Positions 1 to 13,358 of a stretch of 64,000 nt of DNA are shown here, one piece after another. The notes beneath the pieces are model-generated. The model did not search any database. It had not been told where the DNA came from and was given only the letters and a program-made list of their open reading frames with translations. Location: the NCBI GenBank assembly GCA_030390025.1, contig CM059431.1, positions 104,720,001 to 104,784,000 on the forward strand, given 5' to 3'. Within the stretch, counting starts at the first letter, position 1. Every line of letters starts with the position of its first letter. The position numbers were made by a program, and so were the translations under genes. This DNA is from Squalus acanthias (taxonomy: Eukaryota).

Positions 1-346
1 GCCGCGCCTCTAGCCAAGCTGTTCCAGTACAGCTACAACACTGGCATCTATCCGACAATGTGGAAAACTGCCCAGGTACAGTACGTCCTGTCCACCAAAA
101 GTAGGACAAATCCAATTCGGCCAATTACTGCCCCATCAGTCTACTCTCAATCATCAGCAAAGTGATGGAAGGTGTCATCGACAGAGCTATCAAGCGGCAC
201 TTACTCACCAATAACTTGCTCACTGATGCCCAATTTGGGTTCCACCAAGACCACTCGGCTCCAGACCTCATTACAGCCCTGGTCCAAACATGGACAAAGG
301 AGCTGAATTCCAGAGGTGTGGTGAGCGTGACTGCCCTTGACATCAA
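1..346 (+). mobile_element. CR1-group LINE, ORF2 reverse transcriptase fragment (5' part, split by an L2 insertion)
   Basis: Translates as ..NYCPISLLSIISKVMEGVI..LLTDAQFGF..VTALDI; the frame continues at 725 with KAAFDRVWH. Confidence 0.9.
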
Positions 347-724
347 CAACAACAACTTGGATTTATAGAGCGCCTTTAACATAGTAAAACGTCCCAAGGC
401 GGTGCATTGGAGTATTTTAAGACAAAAAATTTGACACTGATCCACAAAAGGATAAATAGGGCAGGTGACCAAAAGCTTGGTCAAAGAGGTAGGTTTTAAG
501 AAGCGTCTTAAAGGAGGAAAGAGAGGTAGCAAGGCGGACAGGTTTAGGCAGGGAATTCCAGAGCTCAGGGCCCAGGCAACAGAAGGCACGGCCACCAGAG
601 GCTGAGCGATTATAATCAGGAATCCTCAAGAGGGCAGAATTAGAGGAGCGCAGCTATCTCGGGGGGTTGTGGGGCTGAAGAGATTACAGAGATAGGAAGG
701 GGCGAGGCCATGGAGGGATTTGGA
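344..724 (-). mobile_element. L2 LINE 3' fragment nested in the CR1-group LINE
   Basis: GRAFCCLGPELWNSLP..SFKTLLKTYLF C-terminus plus 3' UTR and (TTG)n tail; splits gacatcaa|aaggcagca. Confidence 0.9.
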
Positions 725-1850
725 AAGGCAGCATTTGACCGAGTATGGCATCAAGGAGCCCTAGTAAAACTGAAGTCAATGGGAATTGGGGGGAAAATTC
801 TCCACTGGCTGGAGTCATACCTAGCCCAAAGGAAGATGGTTGTGGTGGTTGAAGGTCAATCATCACAGCCCCAGGACATCGCTGCAGGAGTTCCTCAGGG
901 CAGTGTCCTAGGCCCAACCATCTTCAGCTGCTTCATCAAGGACCTTCCCTCCAACATGTCAGAAATGGGGATGTTGGCTGATGACTGCACAGTGTTCAGC
1001 GCCATTCACATCTCCTCAGATAATGAAGCAGTCCATGCCCGCATGCAACAAGACCTGGACGACGTTCAGGCTTGGGCTGATAAGTGGCAGGTAACATTCG
1101 CGTCACAGAAGTGCCAGGCAAAGACTATCTCCAACAAGCGAGAGTCTTACCACCGCCCCTTGACATACACCGGCATTACCATCGCCAAATCCCCCACCAT
1201 CAACATCCTGGGGGGTCACCATTGACTAAAAATTTTACTGGACCAGCCACATAAATAATGTGGTAACAAGAGCAGGTCAGAGGTTAGGTATTCTGCGGCG
1301 AGTGTCTCACCTCCTGACTCCCAAAGCCTTTCCACCATCTACAAGGTACAAGTAAGGAGTGTTAATGAATACTCTCCACTTGCCTGGATGAGTGCAGCTC
1401 CATCAACACTCAAGAAGCTTGACACTATCCAGGACAAAGCAGCCCACTTGATTGGCACCCCATCCACCACCTTAAACATTCACTCCCTCCACCACCGGTG
1501 TACCGTGGCTGCAGTGTGTACCATCTACAAGATGCACTGCAGCAACTCACCAAGGCTTCTTTGGCGGCACCTCCCAAACCCGCGACCTCTTCCACCTAGA
1601 AGGACAAGGGCAGCAGGCGCATGGGAACACCACCACCTCCAAGTACCCCTTCAAGTCACACACCATCCTGACTGAGAGGTATATCGGCCGATCCTTCATC
1701 ATCGCTGGGTCAAAATCCTGGAACTCCCTCCCTAACAGCACTGTGGGAGTACCTTCACCACACGGACTGCAGCGGTTCAAGAAGGCGGCTCCCCACCACC
1801 TAAATGCTGGCCTTGCCAGTGACGCCCACATCCCATAAACAAATTTTTAA
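725..1850 (+). mobile_element. CR1-group LINE ORF2 (RT core to 3' end), degraded
   Basis: AAFDRVWH, GVPQGSVLGP, (M)LADD, W.DKWQVTF motifs with frameshifts; 3' tail taaatgctggccttgccagtgacgcccacatccc. Confidence 0.9.
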
Positions 1851-1852
1851 AA

Positions 1853-2083
1853 ATATACTTTTGACAGTTCTGTACGTACGGACCTGTCAAAAGTATGAAT
1901 GGGGATTCCCTTCTTCCATTGGTTGGGCCGGTCCACGAGATCCCAGGGGCGCCTACGAACCGCTTGCGCCCCTGGGATACGTGGGGCTCTGCCCGCGCGG
2001 ACCCGGAGAGACCCAGGATCGCAAGGTGCCATTCCTCCCGGGCCACCAGGTACTTTCGTAGACATTTTTGCAAATGTTGGCCC
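1853..2083. mobile_element. Harbinger-like MITE family B, one-end fragment
   Basis: Homologous to 20968-21228; ends in the TIR-like aaatgttggccc. Confidence 0.7.
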
Positions 2084-2155
2084 GTTAACTCTGTTTCTCT
2101 CGCCACAGATGCTGCCTGACCTGCTGAGTATTTCCAGCATTTTCTGTTTTCATTT
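2084..2155 (+). mobile_element. Penelope-type pLTR fragment (family 2)
   Basis: gttaactctgtttctct..agatgctgcctgacctgctgagtatttccagcattttctg matches 63638-63705. Confidence 0.7.
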
Positions 2156-2194
2156 GGGATAAAAAAAAGTTTCCAGATTTTAAAAAAGTTTGAG

Positions 2195-2535
2195 AGGGAG
2201 GGAAGGAGGGAAGGAAGGAACTTGCATTTATGTAGCACCTCACATGACCTCAGGATGTCTCAAAGTGCTTTACAGCCAATGAAGTACTTTTGAAGTGGAG
2301 TCACTGTTGTAATTTAGGAAACGCGGCAGCCAATTTGCGCACAGCAAGCTCCCACAAGCAGCAGTGTGATAATGACCAGATAATCTGTTTTAGTGATGTT
2401 GGTTGAGAGATAAATATTGTCCTGGACACCGGGGATAACTCCCCTGCTCTTCTTCGAAGTAGTGCAATGGGATCCTTTAAGTCCACCTGAGAGTGGAGAC
2501 GGGGCCTCGGTTTAACGTCTCAGCTGAAAGGACAG
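2195..2535 (-). mobile_element. Deu-domain SINE (SacSINE1-like), 5' truncated
   Basis: Deu core and L2-like tail shared with the full-length copies at 8593 and 23700. Confidence 0.85.
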
Positions 2536-3314
2536 AAAACTCGATATGCTGACACTAAATGGAGTCTGTGGCCAAGTGACACTGTATCTGTTCAATGAAT
2601 GGCATAATTGACATGAGGTGGATGCGAGGAGGGTAGCTCTGTTTGGAATTCCAGGGCACCCTTTGCAGATGTGGGAATAGAGGACACACTTCAAGGAGCC
2701 TGTCAAATTAAGACAGGACTACATACCAGATAGAAGACCCAAGATTCCATGCCACAGAATGTTGCCTGTCAACCTGCTCCACATTTACTGCTCAGCCCTG
2801 CCAAGCAGTCACGCAACATTACAGCTCTGTCATTGCATTTCATGCATACCAATAGCTCAGAAGAGCACACAGTCAAGATTAGAATGTACAACTGAAAGCT
2901 TCGCCACAATCATATCTTCGATGAGGCTTCACCATGAAAGCACTGAAACACAAGCCTGGCCACTTGCTGAATGACTCCCAGTGACTTTGGAAAATGCCAA
3001 ACGTGTAACGATGTTGAGCAGCCGGGGCATGCTATTCATCCTGAAAAGGATCATGCAGCACGGAAGGAAGCCATTCGGCCATAGGTGCCCGTGCTGTCCC
3101 ACCCTCCTGCTCTTTCCCCGTAGCCCTGCAAATTTTTCCTTTTTCTTTTCACTTGACCAAGTGTGCGTGATGCTGAAACTGGATGTATGTATTAGAGATT
3201 CAATTCCTCAATATGCATTTCCCTTAATGAGCACAAAAACTCAGGGGAAATAAAGTTTAAAAAAAAAACAAAACTGGCTCTGCCTTCACTATACATTACT
3301 GTTTAAGATCTATC

Positions 3315-3507
3315 CCTCAGCCGTTGAGTATATTCAAGACAGAGATCATTAGATTTTTGGACTCTAGAGGAAGCAAGGGATAATGGGATAATGCGGGAAA
3401 GTGGAGTTGAGGTAGAAGATCAGCCATGATCTTATTGAATGGCGGAGCAGTCTCGAAGGGCCGAATGACCTGCTCCTGCTCCTATTTCTTATGTTCTTAT
3501 GTTCATA
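3315..3507 (+). mobile_element. CR1 LINE 3' end
   Basis: ..gatcagccatgatcttattgaatggcggagcag..cctatttcttatgttcttatg tail. Confidence 0.85.
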
Positions 3508-3861
3508 TGCTCTTATCGTTTCAACAACATACACAGTTTGGTTTTTAAGTCAGGCTTTAACATCATATCACAATATTTTTGACACCAGCTTGATATACTT
3601 TCGGTGTCTGTGTCGGAAAACAATATTGCAATACTGTGGTGTGGTGTGCTTTTCCTCATTCTTTCTATGTAATGTGCCCTGCACCTCGTTACGACTCTCT
3701 TTCATCCCTATCTTTCTCTAAATTTGAGTGCTGAAGTTTGTAGGTGGATTCGGAAATGATTCATTCATCATAGAATCCTGCAGTTGTCTCCGTTGAATTG
3801 AAGAGGGCTTTCAGACTGAGACCTTAACCAGCATGATAGCGAGGATTAATTATGCGGAGGT

Positions 3862-3985
3862 AAAATCCTGCGGATGCTGGAAATCTGGAATATCAACAGA
3901 AAATGCTGGAAATACTCAGCAGGTCAGGCAGCATCCGTGGAGAGAGAAACAGAGTTAAACGTTTCAGGTCGATGACCTTTCATTC
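3862..3985 (-). mobile_element. Penelope-type pLTR fragment (family 2), hammerhead core decayed
   Basis: Matches 62580-62675 plus 63525-63545. Confidence 0.7.
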
Positions 3986-4210
3986 ATATTAATTATGTGA
4001 AGTTTAGGAAACTAGGCATAGTCTTAAGTGGACATTTTACCATTTTTTTGCCTCGTTAGATAATGGCCCTATTCTGACGTTTGTGGAGGATAAATTATAC
4101 AGAAAGGTGTTCATACCAATGAGGTGGGACGTAATCTTCTTGTCAATCAGAAACACCGGGGGTAATTTTAACCCCCAAAGACTGGTGGGTTTGGGTCGGG
4201 TGGGAAGTGT

Positions 4211-4628
4211 ACATAAGAACGTAAGAAATAGGAGCAGAAGTAGGCCATACGGCCCCTCGAGTCTGCTCTGCCATTCAATATGATTATTGCTGATCTCCTA
4301 CCTCAACTCCACCTTCCCACGCTATCCCCATATCCTTTGATTCCCTGAGGGCAAAAAATCTAGCGATCTCTGTCATGAATATACTCAACGGCTGAGCCTT
4401 CACAGCCCTCTGGGGTAGAGAATTCCAAAGATTCACCGCCCTCTGAGTGAAGAAATTTCTCCTCATCTCAGTCCTAAATGGCCGACCCCTTATTCTGAGC
4501 CTATGCCCCCTGGTTCTAGACTCCCCAGCCAGGGGAAACGGCCTCTCAGCATCTACCCTGTCAAGCCCTTTAAGAATTTTATACGTTTCAATCAGATCAC
4601 CTCTCATTCTGCTAAACGCCAGAGAATA
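4211..4628 (-). mobile_element. CR1 LINE 3' fragment
   Basis: MRGDLIETYKIL..TRGH..RRNFFTQR..LWNSLP and 3' tail. Confidence 0.92.
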
Positions 4629-4998
4629 AAGAACTATAAAAATTTAAAAATTTCAAACACGAACCGAACCCGCCTTGATCTCAGCCACTTCCGGTTTTAA
4701 TGGAGGTGGAATGGGGGTGGGGGGGGGGGCGGTTTTTACCAACCCGCTCCCAGGAGGTCGGTCCCTCATTTAAATATTTTAATGAGGCTGCGTGCCTCAG
4801 TTTTTTTTCTCTGTTCGGAAACCCGGCAGCTGAAGGGTGACAAGGATTGCTGTGTGGAGAAGATAAGTGCCTTTCCAGCACTGCTTATGGGCCAGGAGGA
4901 GGAGTGCTTCCCCCCCAGCCCATCAAGCAAACCTGTTAACCTCCCCAGCGATCAGGCTCCCCTCCTTCACCCCCGCCCCCCACCCCGATCCGATTCAC

Positions 4999-5850
4999 AG
5001 AACATAAGAACATAAGAAATAGGAGCAGGAGTAGGCCATTTGGCCCCTCGAGCCTGCTCCGCCATTCAATAAGATCATGGCTGATCTTCTACCTCATCTC
5101 CACTGTCCTGCACTATCTCCATATCCCTTGATTCCCTTAATATCCAAAAATCTATCGACCTCTGTCTTGAATATACTCAACGACTGAGCCTCCACAGCCC
5201 TCTGGGGTAGAGAATTCCAAAGATTCACCACCCTCTGAGTGAAGAAATTTCTCCTCATCTCAGTCCTAAATGACCGACCCCTTATTCTGACACAGTGACC
5301 CCTGGTTCTAGACTCCCCAGCCATGGAAAACATCCTCCCTGCATCTACCCTGTCAAGCCCTGTAAGAATTTTGTATGTTTCAATGAGATCACCTCTCATT
5401 CATCTAAACTCCAGAGAATAAATGCCTAGTCTATTCAATCTCTCCTCATAGGACAATCCCCCCATCCCAGGAATCAGCCTGGTGAATCCTTCGTTGGACA
5501 CCCTCTATGGCAAGTATATCCTTCCTTAGGTAAGGAGACCAAAACTGTACACAATACTCCAGGTGTGGTCTCACCAGGGCCCTATATAATTGCAGTAAGA
5601 CGTCTTTAATCTTATACTCAAATCCTCTTGTAATAAAGGCCAACATACCATTTGCTTTCCTAGTTGCTTGCTGTACCTGCATGTTAACTTTCAGTGATTC
5701 ATGTACAAGGACAGCCAGGTCCCTCTGAACACCAACATTTCCCAATCTCTCACCATTTAAAAAATACTCTGCTTTTCTATTTTTCATACCAAAGTGGATA
5801 ACTTCACATTTCTCCACATTATATTTCACTTGCCGTGTTCTTGCCTGACT
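4999..5850 (-). mobile_element. CR1 LINE 3' fragment
   Basis: YNVEKCEVIHFG..LVRPHLEYCVQFWSP..RGDLIETYKIL; (TTCTTATG)n tail. Confidence 0.93.
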
Positions 5851-6816
5851 CAATGTCCTCCACAACCTACTCTCCGGCACCCCTCCATGTCCTCCACGGA
5901 CCCCCTGGGATCTTCTCCCCATCCCCTCCGATCTCTCCGGCCCTTTCCACGATGTCCCCTCCTCCTTCGATCTCTCCAGGCCCTAACCCCCCACCGCCAA
6001 CGCATGTCCTCCCAAACCCCAACTCCCAATCTCTCCAGGCCCTCCATCGATGTCTCCCACCGACCCCTGATCTCTCCCTCCCTTCTCTCTGCACCCCGGC
6101 TGCGGCCTGGTTCCAAGGGCCTCCCCACCCAACGGCCAGCCAGCCTATCAATCTGGCTGGCTGCGGCCGGGAAATGGATTTCAAAAATGTACCTCCGGGT
6201 TTCCCAACAGCAAAACAGCTCCCTCCCCGCCTCCCTGTAAATATCGGAGCCACTCTCTCCATGTCTTGCACAAATAAAGTAAACTCGCTTCAAATATTAA
6301 ATCCACTTACCTAACACAGCACAATTGATCACCAAATGATCTCAGTCCAGCTTGGGGGGCTTTACAACTGATGGAGATTTGTGATGCAGGACATCAGCAT
6401 GAAGCACATCACCAAAGCCGCCTTCTGTGCAAGAACTAACTCTAAAAAACATTGTTAAAATAAGAGTGCTGAAGTTACCAAGGTTTAAGGCCACCTGAAT
6501 AAACTGAAAGAACATTGCGACTAGAAACAACAATGAAATAAGGAACGCATTTACTAACTTCTGCAATAACCTTTACATGAAGAGTAATACTTCATTTTAA
6601 AAAGAAAGAATTGGCCTTGGCTAATGCATGGAAAATTCTATAACCTATTATTGTCAAAGTGCTTTCTTTGCAACTGATGTTAACGTAACAGTTGTAAATA
6701 CCACTTTCTGAGGGAGGGGATTTAGAAAAACTTTCCATACCAATCCCTTACACATTAGTGACAGTGTTTCAGTAGGCTGCTTGAGATAGAAGCAGTGGTA
6801 TATATACTTAGAAACA

Positions 6817-7610
6817 ATCATAGAATGGTTACAGCACAGAAGGAGGCATTCGGCCCGTCGAGCCCGTGCCGGCTCTCTACAAGAGCACTTCAGCTCGTCC
6901 CACTCCCCCGCCCTTTCCCCGTAGCCCTGCAATTTTTTTTTCTTCAGGTACTTATCCAATTCCCTTTTGAAAGCCATGATTGAATCTGCCTCCACCACAC
7001 TCTCAGGCAGTGCATTTCAGATCCTAACCACTCGCTGTGTAAAAAAGTTTTTCCTCATGTCGCCTTTGGTTCTTCTACCAATCACCTTAAATCTGTGTCC
7101 TTTGGTTCTCGACCCTTCCGCCAATGGGAACAGTTTCTCTCTATCTACTCTGTCTAGACCCCTCATGATTTTGAACACCTCTATCAAATCGCCTCTCAAC
7201 TTTATCTGTTCTAAGGAGAACAACCTCAGCTTCTCCAGTCTATCCACGTAACTGAAGCCTCTCATTCCTAGAACCATTCTTGTAAATCTTTTCTGCACCC
7301 TCTCTAAGGCCTTGACATCCTGCCTAAAGTGCGATGCCCAGAATTGGACACAATACTCCAGTTGAGGCCGAACCAGTGTTTTAAAGAGGTTCATCATAAC
7401 TTCCTTGCTTTTGTACTCTGTGCCTCTATTTATGAAGCCCAGGATCCCGTAAGCTTTTTTAACCGCTTTCTCAACCGGCCCTGCCACCTTCAATGATTTG
7501 TGCACATATATCCCCAGGTCTCTCTGTTCATGTACCCCCTTTAATATTATACCCTTTAGTTTATATTGCCTCTCCTCGTTCTTCCTACCAGAATGTATCA
7601 CTTCGCACTT
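6817..7610 (-). mobile_element. CR1 LINE 3' fragment (second subfamily)
   Basis: ORF 7017-7601 LVRPQLEYCVQFW..RGDLIEVFKIM; attctatg tail. Confidence 0.93.
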
Positions 7611-8592
7611 TTAAAGCCATTACATCAGACCCATGTCCTATGCCAGTGTTCAAATAGTCACATTGGCCAGAACAGAGAGGATGTCAGGGGGTTGTTTGCT
7701 TGCATAAGGATAACCTATTCAGTTAAGAGGCACAGCTTTGTACTTTGATGCAGAGTGAACCCACTCTGTGAACCAATGGTGCTTGATGTAATGGCATTAA
7801 AAAAATCACTTATACTATTAAATGTATCTCAAGTGCCAATTCAGCAGATATGACAAATGCAAGCCAATTTAACTTTTTTTTACGTTTTGTATTTTTGGTT
7901 CTCACTATAAAAATGCACCCTCTAGTCAAAAGGAAACATGTTCTTTATTGTGGCTAAAGCTTCTGGTTCAATATTTTTCTCCCTGAAAGATATTACAATT
8001 AATATGCAGAACAGTATATTTTGTAACTCTAGCCATACAGGAAGCATGGAAGGAACTTTAAAGCAGTTTATTAAATATCAATGGCCTGGAATTTGCGGCC
8101 CTGATGATGGCGAACTGGCAGCGTCCGCCGTCATTTTGCCTTTGAAACTGACAGCAACTTCGAGATTTAGCGCGATCGCAGCTTAACGTGGAAATCCTGA
8201 AGTTGTGGTCTGTCATTCACTGCTCCGACACTGGTTGTGCTGTGGACTCCCCCACCCCTCCCCCCAGAGAGCTGGCAATCAGAGAAATCTCTCAAATCAG
8301 GGAAACTGATGAAAACTTTGCCACTTCCGCAGTAATATCGCTGTTAAATTCCCCACTAAAAGTTAGACCCTTTGGATTAGGTGTAGCTGGGGTTTTAACA
8401 GTGTATTGACTGCTAAACAAAGGTTATAGCCCTGAAAAACAAATTTTAATTTTGTGCCGTGTCAAATTTATCCACTTTAATAAAAATTTAAATTTTTAAG
8501 AAACTTTTTAAAAAATGTAATATTTTTAAAAGTTTGTTCATCTTTATTTCAGGTTTACCTTTTCCTCATGTGAGAGCTCCAATCTTTGTTTT

Positions 8593-9052
8593 GCTGTAGC
8601 TTAGTGGGTAGCACTCTCACCTCTGAGTCAGAAGGTTGTGGGTTCAAGTCCCACTCCAGGGACCTGAGCACATAAAGCTAGGCTGACACTCCAGTGCAGT
8701 GCTGAGGGAGTGCTGCGCTGTCGGAGGTGCTGTCTTTCGGATGAGATGTTAAACCGAGGCCCCGTCTGCTGTGGATATAAAAGATCCCATGGCACTATTT
8801 TGAAGAAGAGCAGGGGAGTTATTACCCGGTGTCCTGGCCAATATTTATCCCTCAATCAGCATCACTAAAAACAGATTACTGGTCATTATCACATTGCTGT
8901 TTGTGGGAGCTTGCTGTGCACAAATTGGCTGCCGCGTTTCCCACATTACAACAGTAACTCCACTTCAAAAGTACTTCATTGACTGTAAAGCCCTTTGAGA
9001 TATCCGGTGGTCATGAAAGACGCTATAGAAATGCAAGTCTTTCTTTCTTTCT
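8593..9052 (+). mobile_element. Deu-domain SINE (SacSINE1-like), full length
   Basis: tRNA-like head (A box tagcttagtgg, B box ggttcaagtc), Deu core tctttcggatgagatgttaaaccgagg, L2-like tail ending (TCTT)n. Confidence 0.9.
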
Positions 9053-9204
9053 AACATTTTGAAAAAGTTAGAATCAAAGGAGCTTACCCACTTCCTTGTT
9101 CGCTGTCTGTGCGAATTCTGCATTTTGATTGTCTGCATAGACTGCTTGTTGACGTCACAGCAACTCTTTGCTGGGAGTCCCCGTTTACTTGTGTTGATTT
9201 CAAT

Positions 9205-10115
9205 TCTAAATTGTCCGACTGCTTGACTGGCATCCAGGTCTGGATGAGCAGAAATTTTCTCTAATTAAATATTGGGAAGACCGAAGCCATTGTTTTCGGT
9301 CCTCGCCGCAAATTCCATTCCCTAGCCACCGAATCCATCCCTCTCCCTAACATCTGTCTGCGGCTGAACCACACTGTTTGCAAGCTTGGTGTCATATTTG
9401 ACCTTGAAATGAGCTTCCGACCACATATGCGCAACGTAACTAAGACCGCCTATTTCCACCTCCGTAACATGGCCCGTCTCCGTCCTTGCCTCAGCTCATC
9501 TGCTGCTGAAACCCTCATCCATGCCTTTGTTACCTCTAGACTTGACTAGTCCAACGCACTCATGGCTGGCCTCCCACGTTCCACCCTACGTGAACTTGAG
9601 GTCATCCAAAACTCGGCTGCCCGTGTCCTAACTCGCACCAAGTCCCGTTCACCCATCACCCCTGTGCTCGCTGACCTACATTGGCTCCCGGTTAAGCAGC
9701 ACCTCGATTTCAAAATTCTCATCCTTGTTTTCAAATCCCTCCATGGCCTCGCCCCTTCCTATCTCTGTAATCTCCTCCAGCCCCACAACCCCCCGAGATA
9801 TCTGCGCTCTTCTAATTCTGCCCTCTTGACGATCCCTGATTATAATCGCTCCACCATTGGTGGCCGTGCCTTCAGCTGCCTCGGCCCTAAGCTCTGGAAT
9901 TCCCTCCCTAAACCTCTCCGCCTCTCTACTTCTCTTTTCTCCTTTAAGATGCTCCTTAAAACCTACCTCTTTGACAAAGCTTTTGTTCATCTGTCCTAAT
10001 TTCCTCTTATGTGGCTCGGTGTCAAATTTTTTGTCTTATAACACTCCTGTGAAGCTCCTTGGGATGTTTTACTATGTTAAAGGCACTATATAAATAATAG
10101 TTGTTGTTGTTGTTG
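9205..10115 (+). mobile_element. L2 LINE 3' fragment
   Basis: ORF 9562-9999 IQNSAAR..ITPVLADLHWLPV..LWNSLP; (GTT)n tail. Confidence 0.93.
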
Positions 10116-10394
10116 AAAACCTGAAATTCTCCCCACAGAGATCTTGAGATCTTTGTAGGAGGCTTAATTCGGGGCAAGCAGCGAATGCCTTTGCTTCACC
10201 GCTGACCGCAAACTCGGGGCCTATAACTCATAAAATCATAGAAATTTACAGCACAGAAGGAGGCCATTCAGCCCATTGGCTGAGAAGGTGGCTATTTTCT
10301 CACAATCTGCTTGTTTGATCATAGTAGTTTGGCTCAATATCAATGAGACCACATCTGTGGCCAGTAAAAGCTGTTCACTCCTGTGTCCAGTTGA

Positions 10395-10451
10395 AAGAGA
10401 GAGAGAGAAAGAAAGAGAGGGAGAGAACGAGAGAGAGAGAGAGAGAGAGAG
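10395..10451. repeat. (GA)n microsatellite
   Basis: Imperfect GA tract. Confidence 0.9.
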
Positions 10452-10495
10452 CACAAGAGCACGATACAGCGACAGTGACAAATTACTAAAACTCA

Positions 10496-11352
10496 GGCCG
10501 CGATTTTGTCAATTGATACGGGTTGGGAGCGGGTCAGTTGGTTTCCGACTTCCAATCCCACCCCCAACTGCATCCGGCCCACAGACGAGATTTTGCATCA
10601 ATTGGTCTTGTTAAGCCCACCCTGCGGACTTGCCGGCCAATTAAGAGGAAGCGGGTCAGATGACGTCATTTGATGACGCGTCATCTGCCGCTTTTCTTAA
10701 AGGGACCATGCACAATTTCTCTTTGACAGCTCATTTCTCAGTGTTTGACAGCATTGAGGTGCTGCAAACACTGACAATCACTGTACAAAGGTGAGCTCTT
10801 GCACCCAGGCTCTCCAGTGACTCCCTCCTTAGGCTAGAACAGAAGGCAGCTGCAGGTGAGGTGACAGAAGCAATCTGTCACTGGTGAGAGAGGTTCTCCC
10901 AATGAGGTGGCACTAGACATCGGTTTCAAAACTTGTTACCTAAAGAAATGTGTAAATGCATTAAAAATGATTTTCTCAATATTTTCTTACCTCTGAGACT
11001 CACCAGTGCACCATTGGATCCTGCACACCACTTCTGCAGCTGTCATCAATGCAGAAACATTACAGCAGACTCACAACACGCCACACTTACCTGGCTTGGT
11101 GTCCGGACGTTAGGAAGCCCGAGGCAGAAGCGGCAAAATTACTCTGAACTACCTGTTAACAGGCAGGTAAGTGGCTTTAATCCTCTTCCCGCCGCTAGGT
11201 GTTGTGTCCATGCGCAAATCGGGGACCCAACACTTGGGAAAATTGTTTGGAGGTGGGTTGATGGCGGGATTGGACCCCGCCGTCAATCAAAACGATTTTA
11301 ACCTTTGACCCACCTCCAAACCCGCCCTCTCAGTGCCGATAAAATCGCGGCC
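10496..11352. mobile_element. Harbinger-like MITE family C
   Basis: Perfect 12-bp TIR ggccgcgatttt/aaaatcgcggcc, TSD TCA; homologous to 51040-51887. Confidence 0.88.
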
Positions 11353-11769
11353 TCAGTATCTGCACAGCTGAACAATTGTTCTCACTAACAGGATGCCCTT
11401 AAGAGTGCTCTGTACTTTGCCGTGTTGCATTTTTTTAACTCTGTGTTCTGATTGTTTAAAGTGAATCACTTGGCCTGGAAAAAAAATTCATGATCATCGA
11501 ATGTCGCATCAACCACAAAAACATCCAGCTGTATTTTGGTAAACTTGCTTGGTTGCTGCATAAATGAGTCGCAATAGTAAAACTATGCAAAGAACGGCAG
11601 AATTTGATTCAGATCTCCACTGCGGAGGAGTAATTGAATAGATTCAGAGGGTCTAAAATTCTAATCTAGTTTCAACGTTACAAGTCAAGTGTGCATTGAG
11701 AAGATGTGCATCCATTAGCCTACAGGGGATTCAGAAGCACATCATACATAGAGAACCAAGGCTTTCACC

Positions 11770-12198
11770 AGGTTCAAGTCCCACTCCAGAGACTTGAGCA
11801 CAAAAATCCAGGCTGACACTCCAGTGCAGTGCTGAGGGAGCGCTGCACTGTCAGGGGTGCCGTCTTTCAGATGAGATGTTAAACAGAGGCCCTGTCTGCC
11901 CTCTCGGGTGGATGTAAAAGGTCCCATGGCACAATTGCGAAGAAGAGCAGGGGAGTTATCCCTGGTGTCCTGGGCCAATATTTGTTTCTCAATCAACTTC
12001 ACTAAAAAAAACAGGTTATCTGGTAATTATCACATTGCTGTTTGTGGGAGCTTGCTGTGCGCAGAATGGATGCCGCATTTCATACATTACAACAGTGACT
12101 ACACTTCAAAAGTACTTCATTGGCTGTAAAGTGCTTAGGGACATCCTGAGGTTGTAAAAGGCACTGTATACATCCAAGTCTTTCTTTCTTCTTTCTTT
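11770..12198 (+). mobile_element. Deu-domain SINE, starts at the B box
   Basis: Homology to 8640-9052. Confidence 0.88.
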
Positions 12199-12482
12199 TT
12201 TGGAATACATACTGTAACTGGATTAGAATGGTTACTTCTACTATGGGACTATTGGGAGTTTAATGCATACATGCAATAGATCAGAGATGATTAACATATC
12301 CCATCCATTAAACCACCATGGATTAAAACATGGTTTAATGCTGAATAAAGAGAATAGCATATGCAGACCCCAACATTATAAGACGTCCCAGTGAGACATA
12401 CATAAAACTAGACTGCCACAGGAAACAGTATTTACTGACTAAATTATTTCAAAACATTGGTGCATGACTGGTAAAACACCAA

Positions 12483-13358
12483 GGGGGAAAAATTCAGTTG
12501 GTTGCGCCTCCCGTTAGCGCCTTAAGAGGGCGCTAATGGGGCACAAAGCAACTAGCACCCGGGCACGGCGATGTTTGCGCCGCTCGCGAAATTAACTAGA
12601 CATTTTGTGGCGGCGCTAAACACTATCGCCATGATCTCCTGCGCCGGCAGATCGTGACGTCAGTCGAGTGCGCAACGCCCCGGTAGCGCCCCAGACCGGA
12701 TATTGAGTGGCGCCCCCTGCCTTACCGCCTGACGCTAGCAACGACAGGTTGAGGGGAGCGTTTTGCAGTCAGGAAGGGACTGGGGGAGCGCTATTTAAAG
12801 GCGACCGCTTCCTGCCTTTTATTGTTGGTGACATTTTTGAACCATGCATTCTGAAAGAGAGAGAGAGAGACTTCTGGAGACATTCAACGCTGTGTGAAGG
12901 AGTTTGGGGTACTGAGCAGCACTTTGCAAGTTTCTTGTATCGATTTAGAAGAGACTGTGGGGGCTGCACTCTGAGCTCTTTCCCTGGTACTCTCCATTGT
13001 TCTTTCCAGCAGATTTGATGTACAGGTCTCTCCAGGCCGAGATTCAAGGCTGCAATGAGCAGGATGTGGATGGAAAGCAAGATCAACCCTCCCCTTTAAG
13101 AATTGGCTGGCGCCATTGTGTGTGTGTTCCATTGCTGACTGACATCACATGAGCTTCGCCAGCGCTCTGAGTTAGCGCCTCGCTCTTCGGCCTTTGCGCC
13201 TTAAGACAGGTGTGAAGCACCTGATTTAGCGCTCCAATCACCTCCAGGGGCGATAAAAGTCAAGTTTGCAGTCGGAGGCGATAATTAGCGCCAGGCGCTA
13301 ATCTTTTCACCCGGTCGATAATTGCGCCCCAAACGGGGCGATACTGAACTTCTCCCCC
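12483..13358. mobile_element. Harbinger-like MITE family A (opposite orientation to the other three copies)
   Basis: TIR gggggaaaaattcagt / actgaacttctccccc, TSD CAA; four copies in the window. Confidence 0.9.

Larger units (their letters stand above)
4157..6251. mobile_element. Harbinger-like MITE carrying two nested CR1 fragments
   Basis: Starts gggggtaatttt and ends aaatatcggagcc; GC-rich segments 4157-4208, 4630-4998 and 5850-6251; right arm resembles the reverse complement of 20122-20290. Confidence 0.5.
8083..10221. mobile_element. Harbinger-like MITE hosting a SINE and an L2 fragment
   Basis: TIRs ggcctggaatttgcgg / ccgcaaactcggggcc; flanks aat/tat; AT-rich core like family B. Confidence 0.65.

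Noticed and set aside
5794..6314. Overlapping Pro/Arg/Gly-rich ORFs
   Set aside because: Low-complexity C-rich interior of a MITE, with stop codons scarce by composition
8593..8660. tRNA genes at SINE heads (also ~21600-21668, ~24110-24181)
   Set aside because: They continue directly into SINE bodies and are tRNA-derived heads, not tRNA genes
10236..10614. ORFs with ER/SL repeats
   Set aside because: Translation of the (GA)n microsatellite
10785..10940. Decayed Myb/SANT-like coding trace in MITE C (APRLSSDSL..)
   Set aside because: Resemblance too weak to call without a profile search
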